Shown here piece by piece: positions 52,034 through 60,688 of a DNA stretch of 64,000 nt; the first letter of the stretch is position 1; each line of letters starts with the position of its first letter. Source of the DNA: Candidatus Oxydemutatoraceae bacterium (GTDB taxonomy: Bacteria; Pseudomonadota; Gammaproteobacteria; Poriferisulfidales; Oxydemutatoraceae). The stretch covers positions 416,001-480,000 of the forward strand of contig CBDCOZ010000003.1 in assembly GCA_965220085.1 (NCBI GenBank), given 5' to 3'. A model generated the notes under the pieces. The model saw only the letters and a list, made by a program, of their open reading frames with translations, searched no databases and was not told the origin of the DNA. Both the position numbers and the translations under genes were made by a program.

Positions 52034-52437
52034 TGAGCACGACCCTCGCACAACTCATGGAGCAAGCCGTCGCCGCCGTAGACACGGTAGAAGCAGCGAC
52101 CGCAAAGAACATGGTCGGCGATGCCAACACCCAGTTTGTCGATGTGCGCGACCTGCGCGAGTTACAAGAACACGGCAAGGTGCCGGGAGCGATTCACGCC
52201 TCGCGCGGCATGCTGGAATTTCTAATCGACCCGCAAAGCCCGTATCACGACAAAGCATTCGTGCCGGCAGGCGCGACGGAAGGCAAGCGCTATGTGATTT
52301 ACTGCAAGTCCGGCGGGCGCTCTGCTCTTGCCGCCGCCACAATGAAAGAGATGGGCTATCACAATATATGCCACATGGCGGGCGGCTTTCAGTCGTGGCA
52401 AGATTTAGAAGGCGAGATCGAGCAAGTAGATGACTAA
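52033..52437 (+). CDS. Single-domain rhodanese, copy 2
   Basis: MSTTLAQLMEQA start, near-identical to 50549-50947. Confidence 0.9.
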   Translation: MSTTLAQLMEQAVAAVDTVEAATAKNMVGDANTQFVDVRDLRELQEHGKVPGAIHASRGMLEFLIDPQSPYHDKAFVPAGATEGKRYVIYCKSGGRSALAAATMKEMGYHNICHMAGGFQSWQDLEGEIEQVDD

Positions 52438-52441
52438 TCAA

Positions 52442-52935
52442 GCATCTAAAAATGGAAAGCGCTGCGCGGTCTGTTGCAAGTCGAGCGGGCGCTCTGTTCT
52501 TGCCGTTGCAAGAATGCAAGAGATGGGCTATCACAATGTATGTCCCATGGCGGGCGGCTTTAAGTTGTGGCAAGATTCGGCAGGCGAGAGCGAGCGAACG
52601 GGTGACTAATCAAACATCTAAGAATCGAGTGAACGTCATGACTAATCAAGCATCTAAAAATCGAGCGAACGGCATGACTAATCAAGCATATGAAAAAGGG
52701 AAGCGCTACGCGGTCTGTTGCAAGAAGTTCTGCGGCGCGTTTAATCGCTCCCTGCATCTAAAAATGGAAAGCGCTGCGCGGTCTGTTGCAAGTCGAGCGG
52801 GCGCTCTGTTCTTGCCGTTGCAAAAATGCAAGAGATGGGCTATCACAATGTATGTCCCATGGCGGGCGGCTTTCAGTTGTGGCAAGATTCGGCAGGCGAG
52901 ATCGAGCAAACAGATGGCTAATCACGCATATGAAA
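52442..52935 (+). pseudogene. Two degenerate copies of the rhodanese 3' half (312-bp period)
   Basis: GGTCTGTTGCAAGTCGAGCGGGCGCTCTGTTCTTGCC...GAGATGGGCTATCACAATG matches the rhodanese CKSGGRS...EMGYHN region. Confidence 0.8.
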
Positions 52936-53000
52936 GCGGGCGTAAAGCCTTGTTTTACGGGGGTTTTTCAAATAATCTGACAACTCGCATAAAACAGGGG

Positions 53001-53029
53001 TTGCAATGCGGATACTTTGTGTCTATAAT
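53001..53029 (+). promoter_or_regulatory. Near-consensus sigma70 promoter for the 53175/54205 operon
   Basis: TTGCAA-N17-TATAAT; a second candidate TTGACT-N16-TAAAAT at 53049-53076. Confidence 0.6.
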
Positions 53030-53174
53030 CTGCTGTCAAAGGGTAACCTTGACTAAAAAATAATTATCTATAAAATAATTTTTAAGAATTGATTTTGAAT
53101 TAGCGGCCTGCTGTTTTGTGTAACGATACAGAAATAGCAAGCCGACATAACTTTAACCGAAAAGAGGTTTGAAC

Positions 53175-54137
53175 ATGAAAATACAACTCAAGCAACTCGT
53201 ATTCTATTTTGCAACGACGATGGCTTTTGTCGTCTTGTTGTCGGCTCACGCGAATGCGCAAAGGTCAATGAACACTGGTTTGTCAGATTTTATTCCCGCC
53301 GATGATCCGTATTGTCATGATGGTGAGGATGATAATTTCGTATCGAGAACAACGGTGACCGGTTCGGATACGCCGGGTGATCGGGGTGATGAAAACATAT
53401 CACCCTGTGAGGACATCACATTGTCTGTGGGGAACGACGATGACGATGCCACCACCGACGATGCTCCCTTCCCCGCTAGTGTTGTGGATTGGGTGCTGGT
53501 TGACTTGCGACAAGCGGGCACTGCCGAAGGCGCCGCAGTCGGTGGTGTCGTCGCGCGCAAGCCGGCGTTATTGCTGAGTAATGGGCGCGTAGTGGATGCC
53601 GCAGGGTTTATTGCCTCGACAGGCGCCGACCCTGAGAATACCGCTTGCGCCGGTATCGCTGAAGACGAAACGAATTGCCCGGCGGTTCAATTTGGTTCTG
53701 ATGCGTTTGGGACAGGAAGTCCCGAAGATGGTAACTACTTTATTGTGATTCATCACCGCAATCATGCGTCAGTGATGACGGCCGCGGCAGTCACAGTCAC
53801 TGGTAGCGCAGGTGCCTTTGATTTTGCAGATGCGACGGCGCCAGACGCAATATTTGGTAGCACTAGTAAGATGGTTTCAGGTAATCCACCGGTACTGGCG
53901 GCCCTGGCTGGTGATTCCGCCGCCATTGCTTTTGGAGGGACCATTGCTTTTAGAAACAAGGATAATGGGGTGTTGCCGTCCGATTTTTTGGGTATGTTTC
54001 CTCGATCAGCCCAGGGGGGATATAATTTCGCCGATATAAATATGGATCAAACTGCCGCGCCGTCTGATTGGCTTCCATACCTGTCACCTTCAAATAATCT
54101 AAGTCTAGGTACTGGGATTACAGTACAACCAAATTAA
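53175..54137 (+). CDS. Secreted stand-alone dockerin-like-containing domain lacking its first strand (putative adaptor)
   Basis: Signal peptide ...SAHANA; MNTGL..IP..DPY, VVDWVLVDLR, VVARKPALLLSNGRVVD, GNYFIVIHHRNH, ALAGD, GYNFADINMD motifs. Confidence 0.75.
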   Translation: MKIQLKQLVFYFATTMAFVVLLSAHANAQRSMNTGLSDFIPADDPYCHDGEDDNFVSRTTVTGSDTPGDRGDENISPCEDITLSVGNDDDDATTDDAPFPASVVDWVLVDLRQAGTAEGAAVGGVVARKPALLLSNGRVVDAAGFIASTGADPENTACAGIAEDETNCPAVQFGSDAFGTGSPEDGNYFIVIHHRNHASVMTAAAVTVTGSAGAFDFADATAPDAIFGSTSKMVSGNPPVLAALAGDSAAIAFGGTIAFRNKDNGVLPSDFLGMFPRSAQGGYNFADINMDQTAAPSDWLPYLSPSNNLSLGTGITVQPN

Positions 54138-54204
54138 GGAAAATACTATGAAATCAATCATGAATTTTTTACCAGACAAATCAAAATTAGTAGGAGTAAA
54201 TACT

Positions 54205-57200
54205 ATGAAATCAATTATGAAAAGAACATTTATCGGCTTATTTAGCTTAAGCATAATAGGCTTCGGAAATGTCCTATATGCACAGGATGCTGATCCTGCT
54301 TATGAGGAAGGTTTTTATGTGGGAGGCAATCCTACTGATGCCACATGTTCCGGTTGCGAGGAAGCAGAGATTCGTTTCAGCAACGCGACCGTTTCGGGAG
54401 AATCCTTTTCCTTTGATGTGGATATGAAGCCGGAGGCGACGGTCGGACTTGCTTCTTTCGGAGTGAGGGTCCAGTTGAACACTGATGCGATTAACAGAGC
54501 CGAGTGCGCGGTATCAAATGCCAGGCCTCCCGCAGCCGGAAGTGATATAACTGCTGTAGCAGATACCATCGCCGATGACAGATTTAACGTTATTTTGTCC
54601 AGACTCCCACAAGTGCTTGGTTTTGGCCCCAGCACGTCATTGTCAGACTTTATAGTGGTGAACGCTAATGTTTGGAACAGGATGTTTACAATGACCTGTC
54701 CTATAACGGATAATACGATGCCTGCTGAGATAGCATTCCACTCGGGTCTATGGAAGGAAGCTGCAAGAATTAATCTTACGCCTACTCTTGGGGCAGGAGA
54801 AACTAGATCTATAACAATTGCGTTGCGAGCAACGAACGCTTTGCTTGATGCACCGCTGTTTGAAGTGCCCTTCATGGTGGGTTACACGCTGGACGAGTGG
54901 GTGGGAGAGCCATCCGCAACCAGCCCGACTGTCACGGTCTATGACACGTTGAAGTACACGGTCAATTTCTCCGGTTCAATAGTGAGCGGACCGGATGAGA
55001 TCATGTATGACTTGGAAGCTGTGCGCAGAGATGGTTCCGTCATCGCTGCCGGCACCACCAGAGGCGGCGGTGCGGCGGCGGCCAGCACGGCTACTGCCAC
55101 TGCCACTACCGAGACTGCTGTTGCTCAGGGTTCCCCATCTGTCGTTGTTCTTCTGGATAGCATTATGGGGACGGGCACTACCGCCAGCGCTACTATTCTT
55201 ACGGATGCGGGCACTGCGACTGGTGTTATTATTCGGGAGAGCATTCCGGTCACTAGCGGCACTGCTGCCGGCGATTCCGGCCCGATTACGGGTGTCGTCC
55301 TTCCGGATGACGTTACCGAGGCGCTTACCGTTACAGAGGTAGAGGCCAACGGGACCTATACGGTGGAATTGAACAAAGGCGTCATCATTAATTTTGACAG
55401 CGAAGAAAACGCCGATAATCCAATTGACTACTATCGCATAGCGATGTACACGGGTTCGTCGGTGGTTCTGAATGCGACCGCGATAAGTGATGATATGTAT
55501 GCTTATACGCTACCGGATGAGGATCGAATACCGGTCCAAGACGAATGGGCGGCGACATTTAGCGATGTCACGGCGATTCCCATTAGCCGACTAGGCGACG
55601 ACAGGTTCCATGTCATCGTGAACTTCGGCGCTCCGGTGTCCGCTATTGATACCGCTGCCGGCGAAATCGCCATGAGTGTGATGTCTAATGGCGGCACGAT
55701 CACGGGCGCTTCGGTGGTGCCGGGTTCTCTCAGGCTGGGTTTCCCAACCGGTGTGAATCTGAACACCAATCCGACCGAGCTGATGGCAGTGGAGGCCGAG
55801 GCGAATGTGGTGAGCTTTATGGTTGACCCGACGGGTACTTTGGATCAAGGCGAATCAGCGCTTGGCAACGAAGTATTCACGGCGACCTTGCCATCCGGCT
55901 TGATTACCGTCGAAGGCACCAGCGAGTTTGATCCGCTGGAGTTTGAGGCCATTGAGAATGGCGCTCCGGAGATCAGAGCTTTCATGGTGTCTACTCAGAG
56001 CAAGGTCTACACAATAGGGGCCAACGATGCTCGTACGCTCGGAGATATCATCTATACGGCGACATTCACCGAGCCGGTTGGCGCCATTGCGGGTCAATTG
56101 AGAGCCGCTCTGACGACAACCGCCAAGCTTCACCCGCTGTCGGAAGACAGAATCATTGCGGGCATAGCGGGTTTGACCGCCGGCGCTTCTGTTACCGACG
56201 GGACGATTGCCTTCGGCGAAGCATTAAACCAGAGGCCGACGGTGTCTGTTTCGGGTAACGAAGCGACTCTGACCTTCTCGAATGTTGAGATCAGCAGCGA
56301 TGTGAACAGTCTTGTCGCTGTGATCGAAGCGGGTAGCCCTGTATTTGGTCTGGTTGAGGATTGCGAAAGCCTCACCGGCTGGTACACGGCTCCGGACGGC
56401 AGTCCGCGGCGCAATGCCAGAACGGATGCTTGTGTGGCACAAGAAGCCGCCGATGCGCCGACTGGCGATGTGGTGAGCGCTGAGCCTGCGCCAGTAGAAG
56501 GCGCCGGAACCGGCGCGCCGACTGATCCACACAGAGTTTCGCGTGTTGCCGGCCTTTATGTCGGAACACTGGCGGAGCGTATGGAGCATTTCCGCTGGAC
56601 AGTTAGCGCCGGCGTTGCGACAGTGGAGCCTCAGAATGCCAATGGCGATCCGTTCCCGCTTCGCGACCAAATGCGCAGTGTGCCGTTTCAGGTTCAATGG
56701 AGAATAGCCGATGCCAGAGGGTTCTCGCTCAGAGGCATGGAGGCTACGGCGTTGCAATACTATCAATTCCTTGAGGAAGTCGAGTTCAGAGACCGGCTGA
56801 CGGTCGTGCCTGACGGTGAGACCGCGGCTACGGTGATAGTTGAAAGAACTACCCGTACCGATGCTGTGGCTGTTCCGGTGGCTCTGGTAGACCCTGTCTC
56901 TGACGATGCGTCATTTGCAGCAGGGTTTGCCCCAGGCGCTAATCAAGGACCCGTTGAGATTCCTTTTGCTGATGCGACCCAGTTGATATATAGGATCAGC
57001 ACTTCCAGCACTGTTTGGAGAATGGGTGAGCCTTTGACAAGCTTGGCAACCGCCGTCTATGCCGCTGGCATTGTCGACCAAGCCAGAGCCGCTCGGCTGA
57101 ATGCCGGACAAACTCCGCCGGCAGTGGTGACGGGTGTCAGCCAGGGCTTCTTACAAGTGCAAGCCGGTAACACGGTGACGGTGACCTATGAAAATGGCAT

Positions 57201-58257
57201 GTCAGGCCCGGGTGCCCCCTGTGATTTGCTGGCGCTACCCGGCGCTACCGATGCATGTTCAAGCCTCCACGAGATGACGATAAGCACCTCGACAGAAGTC
57301 ACGGTGATGGCTATGCTGACGGGACGAAACGTTGAGTTGACAATAGATGCCAGCGCGCATGCTATTGGCGATATTGTTTCCCTTGGGCTTGACCTGAGAC
57401 ATGCCGGAAGCACCGAGTTCGTTCTGCCCCTCAACCTCGTAGTGGTGAATGACGCGGACGCGGAGATATTGGGAGGCGCCGACGCTAATGGCAACGGTAT
57501 CCCGGATGCGCAAGACATGGCGAGCGCTTACATTCTGCCTCTGAGCTCCATGGCCCTCTATGCTGCGCCGACCGACCGGTACAGCCTGTCGGCGAGAGTC
57601 GGTTATCGGACGCTTAGTCGCTTGGCAAGCCGCGTGGAAGGCGCTGACATGTTGGAAGCGCGTAACTTCCGCATGGGTGATCTCCCCGGTGTGTTTGGTT
57701 CCAATGATGCGGACATAATAGCTCTGCACTTTGCGAACTACAATGTCATGAGCGATGTCGTGGATGGCAATTATGTCGCCGGAAGAGTCGGCTTGGTGTT
57801 CTCACTGAACGGAGTGAGCGCTCTTACGGATGTCCCGGTGCGCTTTGAGAAGTACAGCGGGCGGACATTTGAACCCGTAGAAGGCAGCGATGCCGAATAC
57901 GGCACATTCAATAGTCAGGGTACCGTTGTCGGTACTGATGACTGTCCGGAGGATAACGGCTATGCCTCTTCGCCGTATCGTGACGCTGAGGGCAACCTCA
58001 TGACCGGTCGCGGTGATTGCATGGTTGTCTACATCACTGACGGCGGACAGTACGATGAAGATGGGCAGCGCAACGGGGTCGTAGTTGACCCGGGTCGTGC
58101 TGCTATCGGCGCCGCGCCTGAGGCTCCTCAGCCTACTGTCACCACCGGCGGTGGCGGCGGTGGCGGTGGCGCTATCGCTTTGAACGAAGTAATAGGCTTA
58201 CTTGCTCTGTTGGGACTGGTGGCCTACGGCATACGTCGGCAGCGTAGATACGAATAA
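54205..58257 (+). CDS. Large acidic surface protein with choice-of-anchor-U-like domain and GlyGly-CTERM (putative scaffold)
   Basis: Signal peptide; ITDGGQYDEDGQRNGVVVDPG; GGGGGGGG, hydrophobic TM, RRQRR tail; alternative start 54148 comes from a 57-bp duplication of RBS and start. Confidence 0.85.
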   Translation: MKSIMKRTFIGLFSLSIIGFGNVLYAQDADPAYEEGFYVGGNPTDATCSGCEEAEIRFSNATVSGESFSFDVDMKPEATVGLASFGVRVQLNTDAINRAECAVSNARPPAAGSDITAVADTIADDRFNVILSRLPQVLGFGPSTSLSDFIVVNANVWNRMFTMTCPITDNTMPAEIAFHSGLWKEAARINLTPTLGAGETRSITIALRATNALLDAPLFEVPFMVGYTLDEWVGEPSATSPTVTVYDTLKYTVNFSGSIVSGPDEIMYDLEAVRRDGSVIAAGTTRGGGAAAASTATATATTETAVAQGSPSVVVLLDSIMGTGTTASATILTDAGTATGVIIRESIPVTSGTAAGDSGPITGVVLPDDVTEALTVTEVEANGTYTVELNKGVIINFDSEENADNPIDYYRIAMYTGSSVVLNATAISDDMYAYTLPDEDRIPVQDEWAATFSDVTAIPISRLGDDRFHVIVNFGAPVSAIDTAAGEIAMSVMSNGGTITGASVVPGSLRLGFPTGVNLNTNPTELMAVEAEANVVSFMVDPTGTLDQGESALGNEVFTATLPSGLITVEGTSEFDPLEFEAIENGAPEIRAFMVSTQSKVYTIGANDARTLGDIIYTATFTEPVGAIAGQLRAALTTTAKLHPLSEDRIIAGIAGLTAGASVTDGTIAFGEALNQRPTVSVSGNEATLTFSNVEISSDVNSLVAVIEAGSPVFGLVEDCESLTGWYTAPDGSPRRNARTDACVAQEAADAPTGDVVSAEPAPVEGAGTGAPTDPHRVSRVAGLYVGTLAERMEHFRWTVSAGVATVEPQNANGDPFPLRDQMRSVPFQVQWRIADARGFSLRGMEATALQYYQFLEEVEFRDRLTVVPDGETAATVIVERTTRTDAVAVPVALVDPVSDDASFAAGFAPGANQGPVEIPFADATQLIYRISTSSTVWRMGEPLTSLATAVYAAGIVDQARAARLNAGQTPPAVVTGVSQGFLQVQAGNTVTVTYENGMSGPGAPCDLLALPGATDACSSLHEMTISTSTEVTVMAMLTGRNVELTIDASAHAIGDIVSLGLDLRHAGSTEFVLPLNLVVVNDADAEILGGADANGNGIPDAQDMASAYILPLSSMALYAAPTDRYSLSARVGYRTLSRLASRVEGADMLEARNFRMGDLPGVFGSNDADIIALHFANYNVMSDVVDGNYVAGRVGLVFSLNGVSALTDVPVRFEKYSGRTFEPVEGSDAEYGTFNSQGTVVGTDDCPEDNGYASSPYRDAEGNLMTGRGDCMVVYITDGGQYDEDGQRNGVVVDPGRAAIGAAPEAPQPTVTTGGGGGGGGAIALNEVIGLLALLGLVAYGIRRQRRYE

Positions 58258-58291
58258 TAATAAACTGTCATTAGCTTTTAGCTATACCTAT

Positions 58292-58327
58292 AAAGGCACA
58301 CTCCGAATGGGGTGTGCCTTTTTTTTA
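58292..58327 (+). terminator. Rho-independent terminator
   Basis: AAAGGCACAC-TCCGAATGGG-GTGTGCCTTT followed by a T-tract. Confidence 0.9.
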
Positions 58328-58379
58328 TGGGAATTATGTGCCCGAACAGATAAATGAGATTGCCGCTTCTTGAGCAGCA

Positions 58380-58700
58380 GCAGGTCCTTAATTGTCGCTT
58401 GGCCGGCTTCTTATTCTCATATATTGCCCCTGTCGGCAGCTTGCTTAGCAGCGCATCTTTTGCCGCTTCGGCGAACGCCTTGAGGGATATTTTCTTGTGC
58501 CCCCTAAAGACGGCTTGTTTTCGCTTAGATTGCCGCTTTTTGAGCGAGTAGCGGGTTCTTAATTGTCGCTTGTCGGCCTCTTATTCTCATGCATTGACCC
58601 TGTCGGCGGCTTCTCTGGCAGCACATCTTTTGCCGCTTCGGCGAATGCCTCAAGAGATATTCTCTTATGGTCACCCTTATAAAGACGGTTTATTTTCGCT
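58380..58700. repeat. Diverged tandem duplication (about 172-bp period)
   Basis: CTTAATTGTCGCTTG...CATCTTTTGCCGCTTCGGCGAA occurs twice. Confidence 0.75.
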
Positions 58701-58929
58701 TGGTGAGTCTCTTGTATGACAGCCGCTTGCCACCGTGCTTTTGGCTGACGCTTTCATGCGATCCGTTATGAATCCGGTCGATAACCCGCAAATCTTTATA
58801 TTCCAATGTTTTCGGGATTGCCTGTGTATTCGGTATATAATTCCTTTTTTATAGGGGGCGCGGCATTTGATGCCGTTACCAACCCTATGTATTCGGTATA
58901 TAATTCCTTTTTTATAGAGTGATTCAATT

Positions 58930-59607
58930 TTGCAAATGAGACATTACACCACAGCCGACACCTGCCATATCGTTTACGATGTTTTTCCAGTGATATTGGC
59001 ATTGGCATCGCTGGTTCTTGTGTGCACATCGCACAGCGATAAATTTCTGTATGACAGAGAGTTGCTCATGGAAGGGGAGTTATGGCGATTGATTACCGGT
59101 CATCTCAGCCACCTTACAGCCGGGCACGGGGTCCTCAATCTATGCGGCTTGGCGATTCTTATGATAGCGGGATATGGCATGGTCGGGCTGGGGATAGGTG
59201 TGCAACTGATTTGCTTGCTGTGCTTCGCTTTGCTGATATCGACGGCCTTTTATTTCTCCCTCCCCGACCTGCAATATTATGGCGGCCTGTCGGGCGCCTT
59301 GCACGGGCTTTATGCCCTCATTGCGGTCGTATATGGGTGTCCCCCCATAGGCGCTGTTGCCAATACCGGAAAATCGCTGTCTATGCCCCAAAAAGCGGCT
59401 TTTTTTACCCCGACTGCTATCGGCGGCATAATGTTGCTCGCGATGGCGGCTAAAGTCGTCTACGAGGTCTTTTTTGACCAGAATCGCTCAATAGATGGCA
59501 TACCTGTCCTCGTCGAATCGCACACAATTGGCGCACTGGCGGGCATCGGCGTATCGTTTGTGCTGATTCTTTTAATCCTTGAAGGCAAAGTAAAGCTGCT
59601 ACGCTAG
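58930..59607 (+). CDS. rrtA: Rhombosortase (rhomboid protease for GlyGly-CTERM proteins)
   Basis: YDR...GELWRLITGHLSH...H..LN, YGGLSGALHG catalytic Ser, ESHTIG catalytic His; adjacent to a GlyGly-CTERM gene. Confidence 0.88.
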   Translation: MQMRHYTTADTCHIVYDVFPVILALASLVLVCTSHSDKFLYDRELLMEGELWRLITGHLSHLTAGHGVLNLCGLAILMIAGYGMVGLGIGVQLICLLCFALLISTAFYFSLPDLQYYGGLSGALHGLYALIAVVYGCPPIGAVANTGKSLSMPQKAAFFTPTAIGGIMLLAMAAKVVYEVFFDQNRSIDGIPVLVESHTIGALAGIGVSFVLILLILEGKVKLLR

Positions 59608-59902
59608 TACCAACCATTGCCTCTCCTGCGCATTGCGCCGGATGCCGTGCGACGGTTTCTTTAAGGCTGGCACCGAGATTTCGGCAACCGCGCAAAAACC
59701 ATCCCGCAAACTCTCTTTCATGGCGCACCCCATAAACAACCCGCAAATAGTTTGTGGAGCACAAACAACTGATCAAGGACACACAAACAGTTTATGGAGC
59801 ACAAACAGTTTAAGGAACCACAAACAACAAATCAAGGACACAAACAACAGAGTTGTTTGTGCTCTTATCACCGTGCTCTCATTACCGTGCCTCATTAAAT
59901 AT

Positions 59903-60183
59903 TATAAGTAACCCGCAAACAATTGAGTATCATAAGTAACCCGCAAACAATTGAGTATCATAAATAACCCGCAAACAATTGAGTATCATAAATAACCCGC
60001 AAACAATTGAGTATCATAAGTAACCCGCAAACAATTGAGTATCATAAATAACCCGCAAACAATTGAGTATCATAAATAACCCGCAAACAATTGAGTATCA
60101 TAAATAACCCGCAAACAATTGAGTATCATAAATAACCCGCAAACAATTGAGTATCATAAATAACCCGCAAACAATTGAGTATT
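59903..60183. repeat. Spacerless tandem array of ten 28-bp units
   Basis: TAA(A/G)TAACCCGCAAACAATTGAGTATCA; ACCCGC core at 59911 and every 28 bp to 60163. Confidence 0.95.
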
Positions 60184-60187
60184 GTTT

Positions 60188-60223
60188 GCGCACCATGGCC
60201 GCGCACCATGGCCGCGCACCATG
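60188..60223. repeat. 13-bp tandem repeat, about 2.8 copies
   Basis: GCGCACCATGGCC repeated. Confidence 0.85.
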
Positions 60224-60229
60224 CTCGCA

Positions 60230-60675
60230 TAGCCGGTTTGATAGACAGTTTGGATTCGCTATCGGCGTCCCTCGTGGCAACAGTATCAACGCCGAGTTCT
60301 TTGTGAAGTTGATGATGCAAGTCTTTCCCGGCAAGATAGAACAAGCGCTCACCGACAACGGCTCCGAGTTCTGCGGCGCGTTTGATCGCTGCCTGCAAGA
60401 GCAAGGTATCGCCACTGCCACACATACTCGGATGCCCGAAGATGAAGGCATTCCATGAGCGCTTTCACCGCGCGATTCGGGAAGAACCTGCGGAGTTTGA
60501 AGAGGGCTTGTTGCTGACCGACATCCGGGCATTTCATGATTGTCGGATAAAATATCTGCTATGGTTTAATACCCAACGACCACATTACGGATTGAGGCTC
60601 CAAACACCTATGGCACAAATTACACAATATTTGCCCAAAGTTTCCAATATGTACTGGCATCCTACGCCGAATTGA
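60230..60675 (+). mobile_element. Truncated, frameshifted IS transposase (rve integrase core, IS481/IS3-like)
   Basis: LTDNGSEF in one frame, CPKMKAFHERFHRAIREE...WFNTQRPHYGL...TP in another; N-terminus missing. Confidence 0.85.
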
Positions 60676-60688
60676 GCGTTGCGCAACA

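Noticed and set aside
52452-53063. 203-aa ORF as a novel protein
   Set aside because: Out-of-frame reading of duplicated rhodanese fragments.
59903-60183. 28-bp repeat array as a CRISPR array
   Set aside because: Units are directly adjacent with no unique spacers, and no cas genes are in the window.
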